A stretch of 59,696 nt of DNA from a bacterium (GTDB lineage Bacteria > Patescibacteriota > Minisyncoccia > Minisyncoccales > GWA2-38-27), in NCBI GenBank assembly GCA_029553225.1, contig JAKPCP010000060.1:1-59696 (forward strand). Reading direction: 5' to 3'. The notes beneath the pieces were generated by a model, which worked only from the letters and a program-made list of their open reading frames with translations, made no database searches and was not told where the DNA came from. The translations under genes were made by a program, and so were the position numbers. Positions 34,315-43,108 of the stretch are shown one piece after another (position 1 is the first letter of the stretch; every line of letters begins with the position of its first letter).

Positions 34315-36903
34315 TTAAGGATTAATAATTAATTTAAAATCTTCTGGATTAATTTTTACTATATCACCTCGTTTAATTTCATTTTTAAGTAAAGCTTCTG
34401 CTAATACATTTTCTACATTATCCTGAATAACTCTTTTTATTTCTCGAGCCCCAAAAACAGGATTATAACCTAAATCTATAATTTTTTCTTTTAATTCATC
34501 GGTTATTATAAATTCAATTCCCTTTTCAGAAAGATTTTCTTTTAATTTTTTTAAATTAAGGCCAACAATATCTAATAAATTCTTTTTTGTTAAGGGCCTA
34601 AAAATAACAACAGAGTCAAACCTATTTATTAATTCTGGTTTAAAAATTGCTTTTTCAAAGATGAAATCTAAAACTCGTTTTTTTACAACATTCCATACTT
34701 CATCTGATTCTCCAACTGGTCCTTCAAATAAAAATGGTCCTGTTTGAGTAATCTCTTTTAAAACTTCTAAAATTATTTCATATCCGGCATTTGAGGTTGC
34801 AATAATAATAGTATTTTTAAAATCTATTTTTCTTCCCCATGCATCTGTAAAATATCCTTCATCAAAAACTTGCAAGAATAAATTTAAAATATCCGAATGC
34901 GCTTTTTCTAACTCGTCTAATAAGACTAAAGAAAAAGGAGTTTCTCTAACCTGTTTTGCCAATATACCTGGTTCCTCTTCAGAACCTATTAATCTATAAA
35001 TATCTTGTCTTTGCTGAAATTCCGACATATCAATTCTTATCATTCTTTCTTCAGATCCAAAATAAAATTCTGCTAAAGCTTTTGCTGTTTCTGTTTTCCC
35101 CACTCCTGTTGGCCCTAAAAAAAGAAAAGCGCCCATTGGTCCTTTCTTTATTGTAATCTGAGATCTAGAACGACGCAAAGCATTTGAAATATCTTTTACT
35201 GCTTCTTCTTGGTTTACAACTCTCTGATGAATTAAATTTTCTAAATTTAATAAAATTTCTTTTTCTTTTTTTTGAATTTCTCCCACTGGAATTTCTGTTT
35301 TCTCAGTAATAATATAAGCAACATGTTTTGGTAAAACCACTCTTTCTTCTTTTAAGGTATTAACATAAACACACACAGATTCCAATAAATCTATTGCTTT
35401 TTCTGGAAAAGACAAAGACGGCAAATATTTAGAGGATAAAGATATTATTTCCTTTAAAGCAGGATAAGAAATAAAAATTTTATATTTATTTTCTAAAAAA
35501 GGAATTAAAGTTTCTAAAATTAAAAGAGTTTCTTCTTCTGATATTTCTTTTAATTCTATTTTTTCAAAAAAATTTAAAATTGATGAATTTTTTTCAATAT
35601 TTTTATGTAAACCCTCGTAATTAGTAATAGCAATAATTTGAAAATGAGGAAGCTGTAAATATGGAAGAATAATGCCTGAAATATCAATAACACCTGGTTT
35701 TTCTGTTTGCCCTATATAATTATGAAAATCATCTATAACTAAAATAATATTACCAGCAAAAACTGCTTCATCAAGAATTTCAGTTAAAGTAGCTTCTAAT
35801 TGCTCTTTATCTTGAATCTCTGCTAAAAGTCGCGGCATATCAAGCTGAACCACTCTTTTATAATTTATTTCCTTTAAAGATTTACCAGATAAACTCTCTT
35901 GAGCAAAACCATAAACTATACTTCTTCTTCCCGCTCCAGATTCTCCAACAATTAAAACATTGTTTACATTTAAACGAGCAAGCACTCGTTCCATTACTTC
36001 TCTTTCTTTTTTATGAGAAATAAATTCAACTGGTTCATTTTTTACTTTTTCGGTAATATCAATAGAATATTCATCAAGCTTTAAAGTATAAGCAGCTATC
36101 CAACTTTTAGCCAAAGTTCCTTTTTTCATTAAATTTTCATACTTCCAAAACTTTTTTCTTTCATTTTCGTCTTCTTTTATTTTTTCTAATATCCATATTA
36201 AATTTTTAAAATCCTCTTCTTTTATATCTGAAAGAATAAAAATTTCTTTTAAAACTGGTTCATTTTCTATAACAGCAATAAAAAAATCACCTAACTTAAC
36301 TATTGAATGATTTTTTTCTAATGCAATTTTAAACGATTCAATTAATAAATTTTTAAATTCTTCGCCTAAAAACCCATTTTCTTTTATAGTTTTTGTTTTC
36401 TCTATTTCATTTTTCAGCTTTTCTTTTATCTCATCAATATTAATTAACATCCTTGAAAAAATAAAATTTAAAACGGGATTATTAACTAAAAGAAAATATA
36501 ATAAATGGCTTTTTTTAATTTCTCCATTTACTTTATCTAAAGATTCTTTTATTGCTTTTAATGTTTCAAAGCTTAAAAATTCGGCTAAATTATATCTTTC
36601 AGGATAATTTAAGGCTTCTTTTAATAATATTTTTGGTTCTGGTTTTTTAACTTTTAGGTTAAAAAATTTATCAATGATTAAAAAAACAAAGAATAAATCT
36701 AAAAAAATAATAAAAAATCCAAAAATATTTTTTAAATTTTCAAAAGAAAAATTTTGGACAAAACCAAAAATAAAAATTAAAAATAAAATAAAAGATAAAA
36801 ATAAAAATAATGATTTTATTTTTTTAGCAAATTTAAAAAGAGGAAAGTTTTCCCATAAAATAGCTGTATAAATTTTTGCTTCTTTTAAATTAAAATTCAT
36901 CAT
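34315..36903 (-). CDS. ClpB/ClpC-like double-AAA+ ATPase with N-terminal membrane anchor and degenerate NBD1
   Basis: 862 aa with two N-terminal TM helices and a Clp N-repeat region. NBD1 has GESGAGRRS / VIDDFH. NBD2 has canonical GPTGVGKTE / LLDELEKA. Confidence 0.8.
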   Translation of the reverse strand: MMNFNLKEAKIYTAILWENFPLFKFAKKIKSLFLFLSFILFLIFIFGFVQNFSFENLKNIFGFFIIFLDLFFVFLIIDKFFNLKVKKPEPKILLKEALNYPERYNLAEFLSFETLKAIKESLDKVNGEIKKSHLLYFLLVNNPVLNFIFSRMLINIDEIKEKLKNEIEKTKTIKENGFLGEEFKNLLIESFKIALEKNHSIVKLGDFFIAVIENEPVLKEIFILSDIKEEDFKNLIWILEKIKEDENERKKFWKYENLMKKGTLAKSWIAAYTLKLDEYSIDITEKVKNEPVEFISHKKEREVMERVLARLNVNNVLIVGESGAGRRSIVYGFAQESLSGKSLKEINYKRVVQLDMPRLLAEIQDKEQLEATLTEILDEAVFAGNIILVIDDFHNYIGQTEKPGVIDISGIILPYLQLPHFQIIAITNYEGLHKNIEKNSSILNFFEKIELKEISEEETLLILETLIPFLENKYKIFISYPALKEIISLSSKYLPSLSFPEKAIDLLESVCVYVNTLKEERVVLPKHVAYIITEKTEIPVGEIQKKEKEILLNLENLIHQRVVNQEEAVKDISNALRRSRSQITIKKGPMGAFLFLGPTGVGKTETAKALAEFYFGSEERMIRIDMSEFQQRQDIYRLIGSEEEPGILAKQVRETPFSLVLLDELEKAHSDILNLFLQVFDEGYFTDAWGRKIDFKNTIIIATSNAGYEIILEVLKEITQTGPFLFEGPVGESDEVWNVVKKRVLDFIFEKAIFKPELINRFDSVVIFRPLTKKNLLDIVGLNLKKLKENLSEKGIEFIITDELKEKIIDLGYNPVFGAREIKRVIQDNVENVLAEALLKNEIKRGDIVKINPEDFKLIINP

Positions 36904-37292
36904 TAGAACAAAATTAAATTAATTCCATAGATAAAAGCGAAAATTAAAATAAAAGGAGAAAAGAAACATATTAGAAAAACCGCTAATCCAACAATAAATA
37001 TTATTATTTCAAATAAAATTCCTATAATTATTAAAATTGTTCTTACTATTGCTCCCAATAATCGCGACATTAAAACATTAAAAACAAAAGCCTCGAACCA
37101 ACGAGCCAAATTTATTCCTTTTCCATAAGACATATAATATTTATGCCAATGAGAAAAAAGAGTTCTGATTAAAAATGGGATAGAAAAATATTCTATATTA
37201 AAAAGCAAAAAATTTTTCCAAGCTTTTAAAACTTCGCGCGGAAAATCTATAAATTGCCAAATAATATATTGAATTAAAATACTTTTCCCCAT
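36903..37292 (-). CDS. Small polytopic membrane protein, translationally coupled to the Clp-like ATPase
   Basis: 129 aa with about 3 TM helices. Its stop TAA overlaps the ATPase ATG (TAATG). Confidence 0.5.
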   Translation of the reverse strand: MGKSILIQYIIWQFIDFPREVLKAWKNFLLFNIEYFSIPFLIRTLFSHWHKYYMSYGKGINLARWFEAFVFNVLMSRLLGAIVRTILIIIGILFEIIIFIVGLAVFLICFFSPFILIFAFIYGINLILF

Positions 37293-37355
37293 TTGTATTA
37301 TTAATTAATTTTATTTTATTATACTATATTTTTTAAAAAATAGGTAAATTAAAAA

Positions 37356-37372
37356 GCCGCCTTTAAGGCGGC
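37356..37372. terminator. GC hairpin terminator (symmetric A-run/T-run)
   Basis: aaaaaGCCGCCtttaaGGCGGCttttt, immediately downstream of the 45-aa zinc-ribbon gene. Confidence 0.6.
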
Positions 37373-37390
37373 TTTTTAATTTAAATTGCT

Positions 37391-37528
37391 TTAACGAAAA
37401 TTCTTTTTAAAAGGTTTTCTATTGCGATAACAATCTCGGCAATAAACATCTGAACCCTCTCTTGGATCAAAAGGAAGTTCGGTTATTTCTTTTCCACATT
37501 CAGCGCATTTCCAGCTTCCTTTTACCAT
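37391..37528 (-). CDS. 45-aa CxxC-x18-CxxC zinc-ribbon protein (not in ORF track)
   Basis: Hand translation: MVKGSWKCAECGKEITELPFDPREGSDVYCRDCYRNRKPFKKNFR*. SD AAAGAGGTG upstream and terminator downstream. Resembles the CxxC-x17-CxxC small-protein family. Confidence 0.7.
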   Translation of the reverse strand: MVKGSWKCAECGKEITELPFDPREGSDVYCRDCYRNRKPFKKNFR

Positions 37529-37724
37529 TTTTCGTTCAAAATCACCTCTTTTATTATTATAATCCACAAATTTAACTACAAATTTAACTAAATAAATTAA
37601 TTAATAATTAAATTTTTAAAAAATTTAATTAATAGATATATTTGTTAATTTGACGTTTTATTTAAATTAACGACCTTTATCTTAGTTTATTATTTTTTTT
37701 ATTTTTGTCAATAAAAAATAAACA

Positions 37725-37754
37725 GAGGGATATCTTTAAAAATAGATATCCCTC
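37725..37754 (-). terminator. Intrinsic terminator of the 74-aa orphan gene
   Basis: gagggatatct/agatatccctc forms an 11-bp stem. T-run on the minus strand. Confidence 0.6.
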
Positions 37755-37763
37755 ATAAAACTT

Positions 37764-37988
37764 TTAAATTGCAATACCCTCCACTATTTCCTCTATTTGA
37801 GGAATATAAAATATGTTTGACCTTTCCACCGTTTTCTGTGAAGTTCTGATATGCCTTCTCTCCCATTTTTTCTGTTCTTCTGTTTCAGGGGTTTTTTCAA
37901 TCCCCCGCTCATCATAACCATTTTGATGCAATAACTGATCTGCCATCCTTTTTAATTCTTTTTTACCTAATTCTTTTTTACTGCACAT
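37764..37988 (-). CDS. Hypothetical hydrophilic 74-aa protein
   Basis: ATG preceded by AGGAGAATAGTT. It has its own consensus promoter and terminator. No motif recognised. Confidence 0.45.
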   Translation of the reverse strand: MCSKKELGKKELKRMADQLLHQNGYDERGIEKTPETEEQKKWERRHIRTSQKTVERSNIFYIPQIEEIVEGIAI

Positions 37989-38023
37989 AACTATTCTCCT
38001 GTAATAATAGTTTTATTTTTTAC

Positions 38024-38048
38024 CGGATTATTATCACTTAATAATCCG
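38024..38048 (-). promoter_or_regulatory. Perfect 10-bp hairpin in the 5' UTR of the 74-aa gene
   Basis: cggattatta-tcact-taataatccg. Lies between the promoter and the SD. Confidence 0.4.
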
Positions 38049-38069
38049 ATTTTTTAATATGCTAATTAT

Positions 38070-38097
38070 ATTATAGTATAATTTAAAAATTTGTCAA
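38070..38097 (-). promoter_or_regulatory. Near-consensus sigma70-type promoter (TTGACA-16-TATAAT)
   Basis: Minus strand: CTATTGACAAATTTTTAAATTATACTATAAT. Confidence 0.55.
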
Positions 38098-38109
38098 TAG
38101 GTGTTAAAT

Positions 38110-39798
38110 TTATTCTAAAACTGCTCTTATTCTTCTAATATTTGCTCCAGATGATTCTTCTTTTATAATTTTAAACTTTTTTAATTCTGAAGTCTTTTTT
38201 ACATGAGGTCCAGCACAAATTTCTTTAGAAAAATCACCTATTGAATACACAGAAACTTTTGGAGGATATTTTTCTTTAAAAAAAGAAAGAGCTCCGGATC
38301 TTATTGCTTTTTCATAGGACATCTCTTCTCTTTTCACTTCTAAATCTTCTTTTATTTTTTGATTTACAATTCCTTCTATTTTTTGTAATTCTTCATTGGT
38401 TAATTTTCGCGGAAAAGAAAAATCAAAACGAAGACGAAAAGAATTAATATCAGAACCCATCTGTCTAACGCTTTCTCCTAAAACTTCTCTTAACGCAGAT
38501 TGAAGCAAATGAGTGGCAGTATGAAGCCTTGTTGCATTATAATCAGCATTTTTTCCTATACCTCCAAATTTTGCTTCTACTCCTTTTCTTGAAACTTCTT
38601 GGTGTTTTTTAAAAAAATTATAAAAACCACCAATATCAACTTTTATATTTTTCTCATCTGCTAATTCTTTTGTTAACTCTATTGGAAACCCATAAGTATC
38701 ATATAAATGAAATGCTTCTTCTCCGGTAATTTCTTTTTTTTCAGCAATTTTTTCAAACTGCTTTAAACCCTTATTAAGGGTTTTTTCAAATTTTTCTTCT
38801 TCGTTCAAAATTACTGTTAAAATATTATTTTCAGATAATTTAATCTCACAATAAACATCTTTATAAATTTCAATAACTTTTTTTGCTAAAGGCAATAAAA
38901 ACCCAGAAGGCAAATTCATTAATTTTCCATATCGGATAGCCCGACGAATTAATCTTCTTAAAATATACCCCCTTTCAATGTTTGAAGGATAAATATTTTC
39001 GGAAATTAAAAAAACTGCTGATTTAATATGGTCAGCAATAATTCTAAAATAATAGTTATTATTTTCGTATTTTAGATTAAATTGATTTTCTATTTCTTTT
39101 ATTATTGGTAAAAATAAATCTGTTTCGAATATAGTAGGTTTGTTTTGAACTATCATTGACAATCTTTCAAGCCCCATTCCAGTATCAACTCCTTTCTTTT
39201 TTAAAAGTGTTAATTTTTTATTTTTATCTTGAAAATATTCATTAAAAACTAAATTCCAAATCTCTATTCCGTTAATATAAATTTCTGTTGTAGGACCACA
39301 AGGACCTTCTTCCCCAGTTGGTCCCCAAAAATTTTCATCTCTGCCCTTAAAAATTAAGTTGTTTTTTTCTTCAGAAAAACCTAACTCTTTCCATACATTA
39401 TATGAATCAACATCTTTTTGAATTTCACCATCTCCTTCAAAAACAGTAACATAATCTATTTTTAAATTTAAGGTATCTAAAAACTCTTTAGCAAAATAAA
39501 TTGCTTCTTTTTTAAAATAATCCCCAAAAGAAAAATTGCCAAGCATTTCAAAAAAAGTTAAATGCCTTTCATCTCCAACTTCTTCAATATCCGATGTCCT
39601 AAAACATTTTTGACAAGAAGCAACCTTATTTCCATATGGGGATTTTTTATCTAAATAATATTCTTTAAATTGTTGCATGCCAGCAGTTGTAAACAAAACA
39701 CTTGAATCATTTGGCAAAAGAGAAGATGATTTTACAATATTATGATCTTTATTTTTAAAAAAATCTAAAAATTTTTTTCTTAATTCCTTTGAACTCAT
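38110..39798 (-). CDS. alaS: Alanine--tRNA ligase, compact form without the C-Ala domain
   Basis: FTTAGMQQFK, GLERL, editing-site HTATHLL and C-terminal CAGPHV motifs. 562 aa. Confidence 0.9.
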   Translation of the reverse strand: MSSKELRKKFLDFFKNKDHNIVKSSSLLPNDSSVLFTTAGMQQFKEYYLDKKSPYGNKVASCQKCFRTSDIEEVGDERHLTFFEMLGNFSFGDYFKKEAIYFAKEFLDTLNLKIDYVTVFEGDGEIQKDVDSYNVWKELGFSEEKNNLIFKGRDENFWGPTGEEGPCGPTTEIYINGIEIWNLVFNEYFQDKNKKLTLLKKKGVDTGMGLERLSMIVQNKPTIFETDLFLPIIKEIENQFNLKYENNNYYFRIIADHIKSAVFLISENIYPSNIERGYILRRLIRRAIRYGKLMNLPSGFLLPLAKKVIEIYKDVYCEIKLSENNILTVILNEEEKFEKTLNKGLKQFEKIAEKKEITGEEAFHLYDTYGFPIELTKELADEKNIKVDIGGFYNFFKKHQEVSRKGVEAKFGGIGKNADYNATRLHTATHLLQSALREVLGESVRQMGSDINSFRLRFDFSFPRKLTNEELQKIEGIVNQKIKEDLEVKREEMSYEKAIRSGALSFFKEKYPPKVSVYSIGDFSKEICAGPHVKKTSELKKFKIIKEESSGANIRRIRAVLE

Positions 39799-40547
39799 TT
39801 AAATTTAATATTATTTAATTTTTCAATTGATTTTATTATTTTTACAAAATCTTGAGATTTAAGCGAAGCTCCTCCAACTAATAAACCATTAAATTCTGAT
39901 TTTTTTATATAATCTGAGGCATTTTTAAAATTTACACTTCCGCCATAAATAATTTTAATTTTTTCTAAATTATTTTTATTAAATATTTTTGAAAGAGTTT
40001 CAAAAATTATATTTTTAATCTCTTTTGCAATTTCAAAATCGCAAAAATTACCAGTACCAATCGCCCAAATAGGTTCATAAGCAATAATTAAATTTGCTTT
40101 TTTAATATCTTTTAATCCATTTTCTAACTGCTCCCTTATTATTTTTTTTGTTTTCTTTTTCTTCTTTTCTTCCTCTCTCTCTCCAATGCATAAAATCGGA
40201 ATTAAATTATTTCTTAAAGCTGCTTTAATTTTTTTATTTATTATTTCATTATTCTCATTAAAATATTTTCTTCTTTCTGAATGCCCTATAATTACATATT
40301 TACAACTTAAATTTTTAAGCATTAAGGGAGAAATTTCCCCAGTAAAAGCTCCTTTATCTTCCCAAAAACAATCTTGAGCACCTAAATCTAATCCTTTTAA
40401 AAACGGTAAATAAATAAATGGCGGAACAATAATTATCTCTGTTTTTTTTATATCTTTGGATTGCTTTTTTATTAAATTAAAAAGATTCTTAGCTTCTTTT
40501 AAGCTTGAAGGATTACATTTCCAATTAGCAATAACTAAATTTTTCAT
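39795..40547 (-). CDS. tpiA: Triosephosphate isomerase
   Basis: ANWKCN, IIGHSERR, AYEPIWAIGTG and GGASL motifs. Confidence 0.9.
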   Translation of the reverse strand: MKNLVIANWKCNPSSLKEAKNLFNLIKKQSKDIKKTEIIIVPPFIYLPFLKGLDLGAQDCFWEDKGAFTGEISPLMLKNLSCKYVIIGHSERRKYFNENNEIINKKIKAALRNNLIPILCIGEREEEKKKKKTKKIIREQLENGLKDIKKANLIIAYEPIWAIGTGNFCDFEIAKEIKNIIFETLSKIFNKNNLEKIKIIYGGSVNFKNASDYIKKSEFNGLLVGGASLKSQDFVKIIKSIEKLNNIKFK

Positions 40548-41599
40548 TGTTTTCTTAAATATTGAGCTGCTTTTTCTGGCTCTATTGTTGAAATTTCTAT
40601 TTTTGTTCCAATTTCAAAACCAGCCCAAATAGAAGTTTTAGGCAAAATAGTCCAGTGCCAATGATAATAACTATGATCTTTTCCATCACAAGGAGCAGAA
40701 TGAAGATAAAAATTATAATCAGGATCATTCAATCCTTTGTATATTTTTTTAATGGCTGTTCCAAACGCTTCACTTAAATTCCACATTTGAGATTCTGTAA
40801 TTTCTTCAAAATAAGAAAGATGTTTTTTAGGAGAAACGATTACCTCAAAAGCAGTTTTCGAAGCAAAAGGACATAAAGCAATAAAATCTTTATTTTCAAA
40901 AATAATTCTTTTTTTTGTTTTCATCTCCCATTTATTCATTAAACAATAGATACATTCGTTTTTTTCTTTTGAATACGAATTAGCATTTGATAAAGCTTTT
41001 CTTAAATCAGTATCAATTAAAGGTGTCGTGATAATTTGAGAATGGGGATGAGCAATTGAAGCGCCAGCTTGATGTCCATGATTATGAAAAATAGAAACAT
41101 AATTAACAAATTTTTCTTTCATTAAAGATACATATCTTTTTTGATAAACATTAAATAACTCATAAACCTCATCAACAGAAAAATTAGCAATTTGTCTATT
41201 ATGGTCTTTTGTTATAACAACTTCATGAAATCCAACTGCATTCATTTTATGAAATAATCCTCCTTCGATTTTTTCCTCTAATTTAGGATAAGGTAAAAAA
41301 GCAGGGTATTTATTGGGAACAACAATCGTACTCCATTTATTTAAAATATTTTTCCAACCTTCAAAAGGAATTTCTTTACTATTAGAAAATATAAGTGTTG
41401 GGTTTTCTTGTGTTTGAATTTGACAAAAAGGACAATCTTTTTTAAATTTCATTCTTTCTCTTTCTTTTTTTTCTTTTTTAAACATTTCTGGTTTTTTTGC
41501 CCTACCCGTTGCAACAACAACCCAATCTTTACTACCTAAATCATACCTAAGTTCCGAGGGAAATTTATAATTCTTATGTTTTTTAATATTTTCCTTCAT
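40544..41599 (-). CDS. galT: Galactose-1-phosphate uridylyltransferase-like (GalT/HIT superfamily)
   Basis: CPFC zinc site, HPHSQ active-site motif and two half-barrel repeats. Confidence 0.75.
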   Translation of the reverse strand: MKENIKKHKNYKFPSELRYDLGSKDWVVVATGRAKKPEMFKKEKKERERMKFKKDCPFCQIQTQENPTLIFSNSKEIPFEGWKNILNKWSTIVVPNKYPAFLPYPKLEEKIEGGLFHKMNAVGFHEVVITKDHNRQIANFSVDEVYELFNVYQKRYVSLMKEKFVNYVSIFHNHGHQAGASIAHPHSQIITTPLIDTDLRKALSNANSYSKEKNECIYCLMNKWEMKTKKRIIFENKDFIALCPFASKTAFEVIVSPKKHLSYFEEITESQMWNLSEAFGTAIKKIYKGLNDPDYNFYLHSAPCDGKDHSYYHWHWTILPKTSIWAGFEIGTKIEISTIEPEKAAQYLRKQ

Positions 41600-41600
41600 T

Positions 41601-42323
41601 TTAGATTTTATATTTACCAGTTAATAAATTCCATCTTATAATCAAAAGATCAATTCCCATTTTTATTGTATTTTTAAAATCCACTTTAGTATGAGGTTCG
41701 TTTTCCCAAATTATTGGCACTTCTTTTATTTTATAATTCATTTTTTTTGCTAATTTTATAATTTCTGGATCAAAAGCAAAACGATTTATCCTACATTTTG
41801 GTAAAATATCGTTTGCTGCCTTTGCTGTAAATGCTTTAAACCCACATTGAGAATCTTTAATTCCCCAATAACCAACAATAACTCTGCTTAATAAGCTAAA
41901 AATATCTCCTAAAATTCTTCTATATAGGGGCTGAGGATTTTTAATTATTGCTCCTTTTATATCTCGAGAACCAATAACAATATCATAGCCTTTTTTAAAA
42001 TAAGGAAAAAATTTCTCTATTTCGCTAATAGGAGTTGAATTGTCAGCATCAGTAAAAAGACGATATTCCCCTTTTGCCTCTAGCAATCCCTGACGAACAA
42101 CAAATCCTTTTCCGCGATTCTCTTTATTATCAATTAGTTTTAAATTCTTAATTTCAGAAATTAACTCTTTTATAATTTCTGCTGTTTTATCTTTTGAGCC
42201 ATCATTTACCACAATAATTTCATAATCATAATTTTGTTTTTCTAAATAAGAAGAAATTTCTTTTAAAGTTTTTGGCAAACGTTTTTCTTCATTGTAAGCA
42301 GGAATAACAACTGATAAATACAT
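41601..42323 (-). CDS. Family 2 glycosyltransferase (dolichyl/polyprenyl-phosphate glycosyltransferase-like)
   Basis: VVIPAYNEE, VNDGSKD and DAD motifs. 240 aa. Confidence 0.8.
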   Translation of the reverse strand: MYLSVVIPAYNEEKRLPKTLKEISSYLEKQNYDYEIIVVNDGSKDKTAEIIKELISEIKNLKLIDNKENRGKGFVVRQGLLEAKGEYRLFTDADNSTPISEIEKFFPYFKKGYDIVIGSRDIKGAIIKNPQPLYRRILGDIFSLLSRVIVGYWGIKDSQCGFKAFTAKAANDILPKCRINRFAFDPEIIKLAKKMNYKIKEVPIIWENEPHTKVDFKNTIKMGIDLLIIRWNLLTGKYKI

Positions 42324-42350
42324 ATAATATAAATTATTTATAATTTTTAA

Positions 42351-43100
42351 TTATAACACAGTTAAAATTTTTACTCGATTATTTTTTATAGCTATTGTGT
42401 GCTCAAAATGAGCAGACAAAGAATTATCTCTTGTTCTAAAACCATATCCATCTTTTGCTCTTTTTATTCTCCAATCCCCTTTTGTAAGCATTGGCTCAAT
42501 ACAAAAAGTCATTCCATTTTTTATAGTTTCATTTCCATCATCTTTATTAAAAAAATTTAATATTAAAGGATCCTCATGAAGTTTTCTCCCAATACCATGA
42601 CCGCATAATTCCTTTATTACATTAAAACCTTGCTCTTTTGCATATTTTTCAATAAATTTACCAATTTCATAAAATTTTAGTCCCGGCTTTATATTTTCAA
42701 TTGCTTTATTAAGAGTATTTTTAGTAGCTTTAATTAATTTTTGTTTTTCTAAAGAAATCTTTCCCACGCCACAAGTTACAGCCATATCAGAATGAAAACC
42801 CTTATAAAAAAGACCTAAATCTAAAGAAACAATATCACCTTCATTTAATATTACATTAAAAGGAATCCCGTGCACAATAACTTCATTTATTGATAAACAA
42901 AGCGTTGCTGGAAAACCATCATAATTTTCAAAAGAAGGTAAAGCATTATTTTCCAAGATAAGTTTTTTAGCTAAATCATTTAGATAGTCTCCTTTTACAT
43001 TAGGTTTCACCTCCTCTAATAATTTTTTCATTATCATCGCTAAAATTTTTCCCCCTTCTTCCATTACCTCAATCTCTTCTAAGGATTTAATAGTGATCAT
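42351..43100 (-). CDS. map: Methionine aminopeptidase type I
   Basis: Metal ligands in the DLG...D, HGIG, CIEP and FEHT blocks. Confidence 0.95.
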   Translation of the reverse strand: MITIKSLEEIEVMEEGGKILAMIMKKLLEEVKPNVKGDYLNDLAKKLILENNALPSFENYDGFPATLCLSINEVIVHGIPFNVILNEGDIVSLDLGLFYKGFHSDMAVTCGVGKISLEKQKLIKATKNTLNKAIENIKPGLKFYEIGKFIEKYAKEQGFNVIKELCGHGIGRKLHEDPLILNFFNKDDGNETIKNGMTFCIEPMLTKGDWRIKRAKDGYGFRTRDNSLSAHFEHTIAIKNNRVKILTVL

Positions 43101-43108
43101 TTAAAAAA

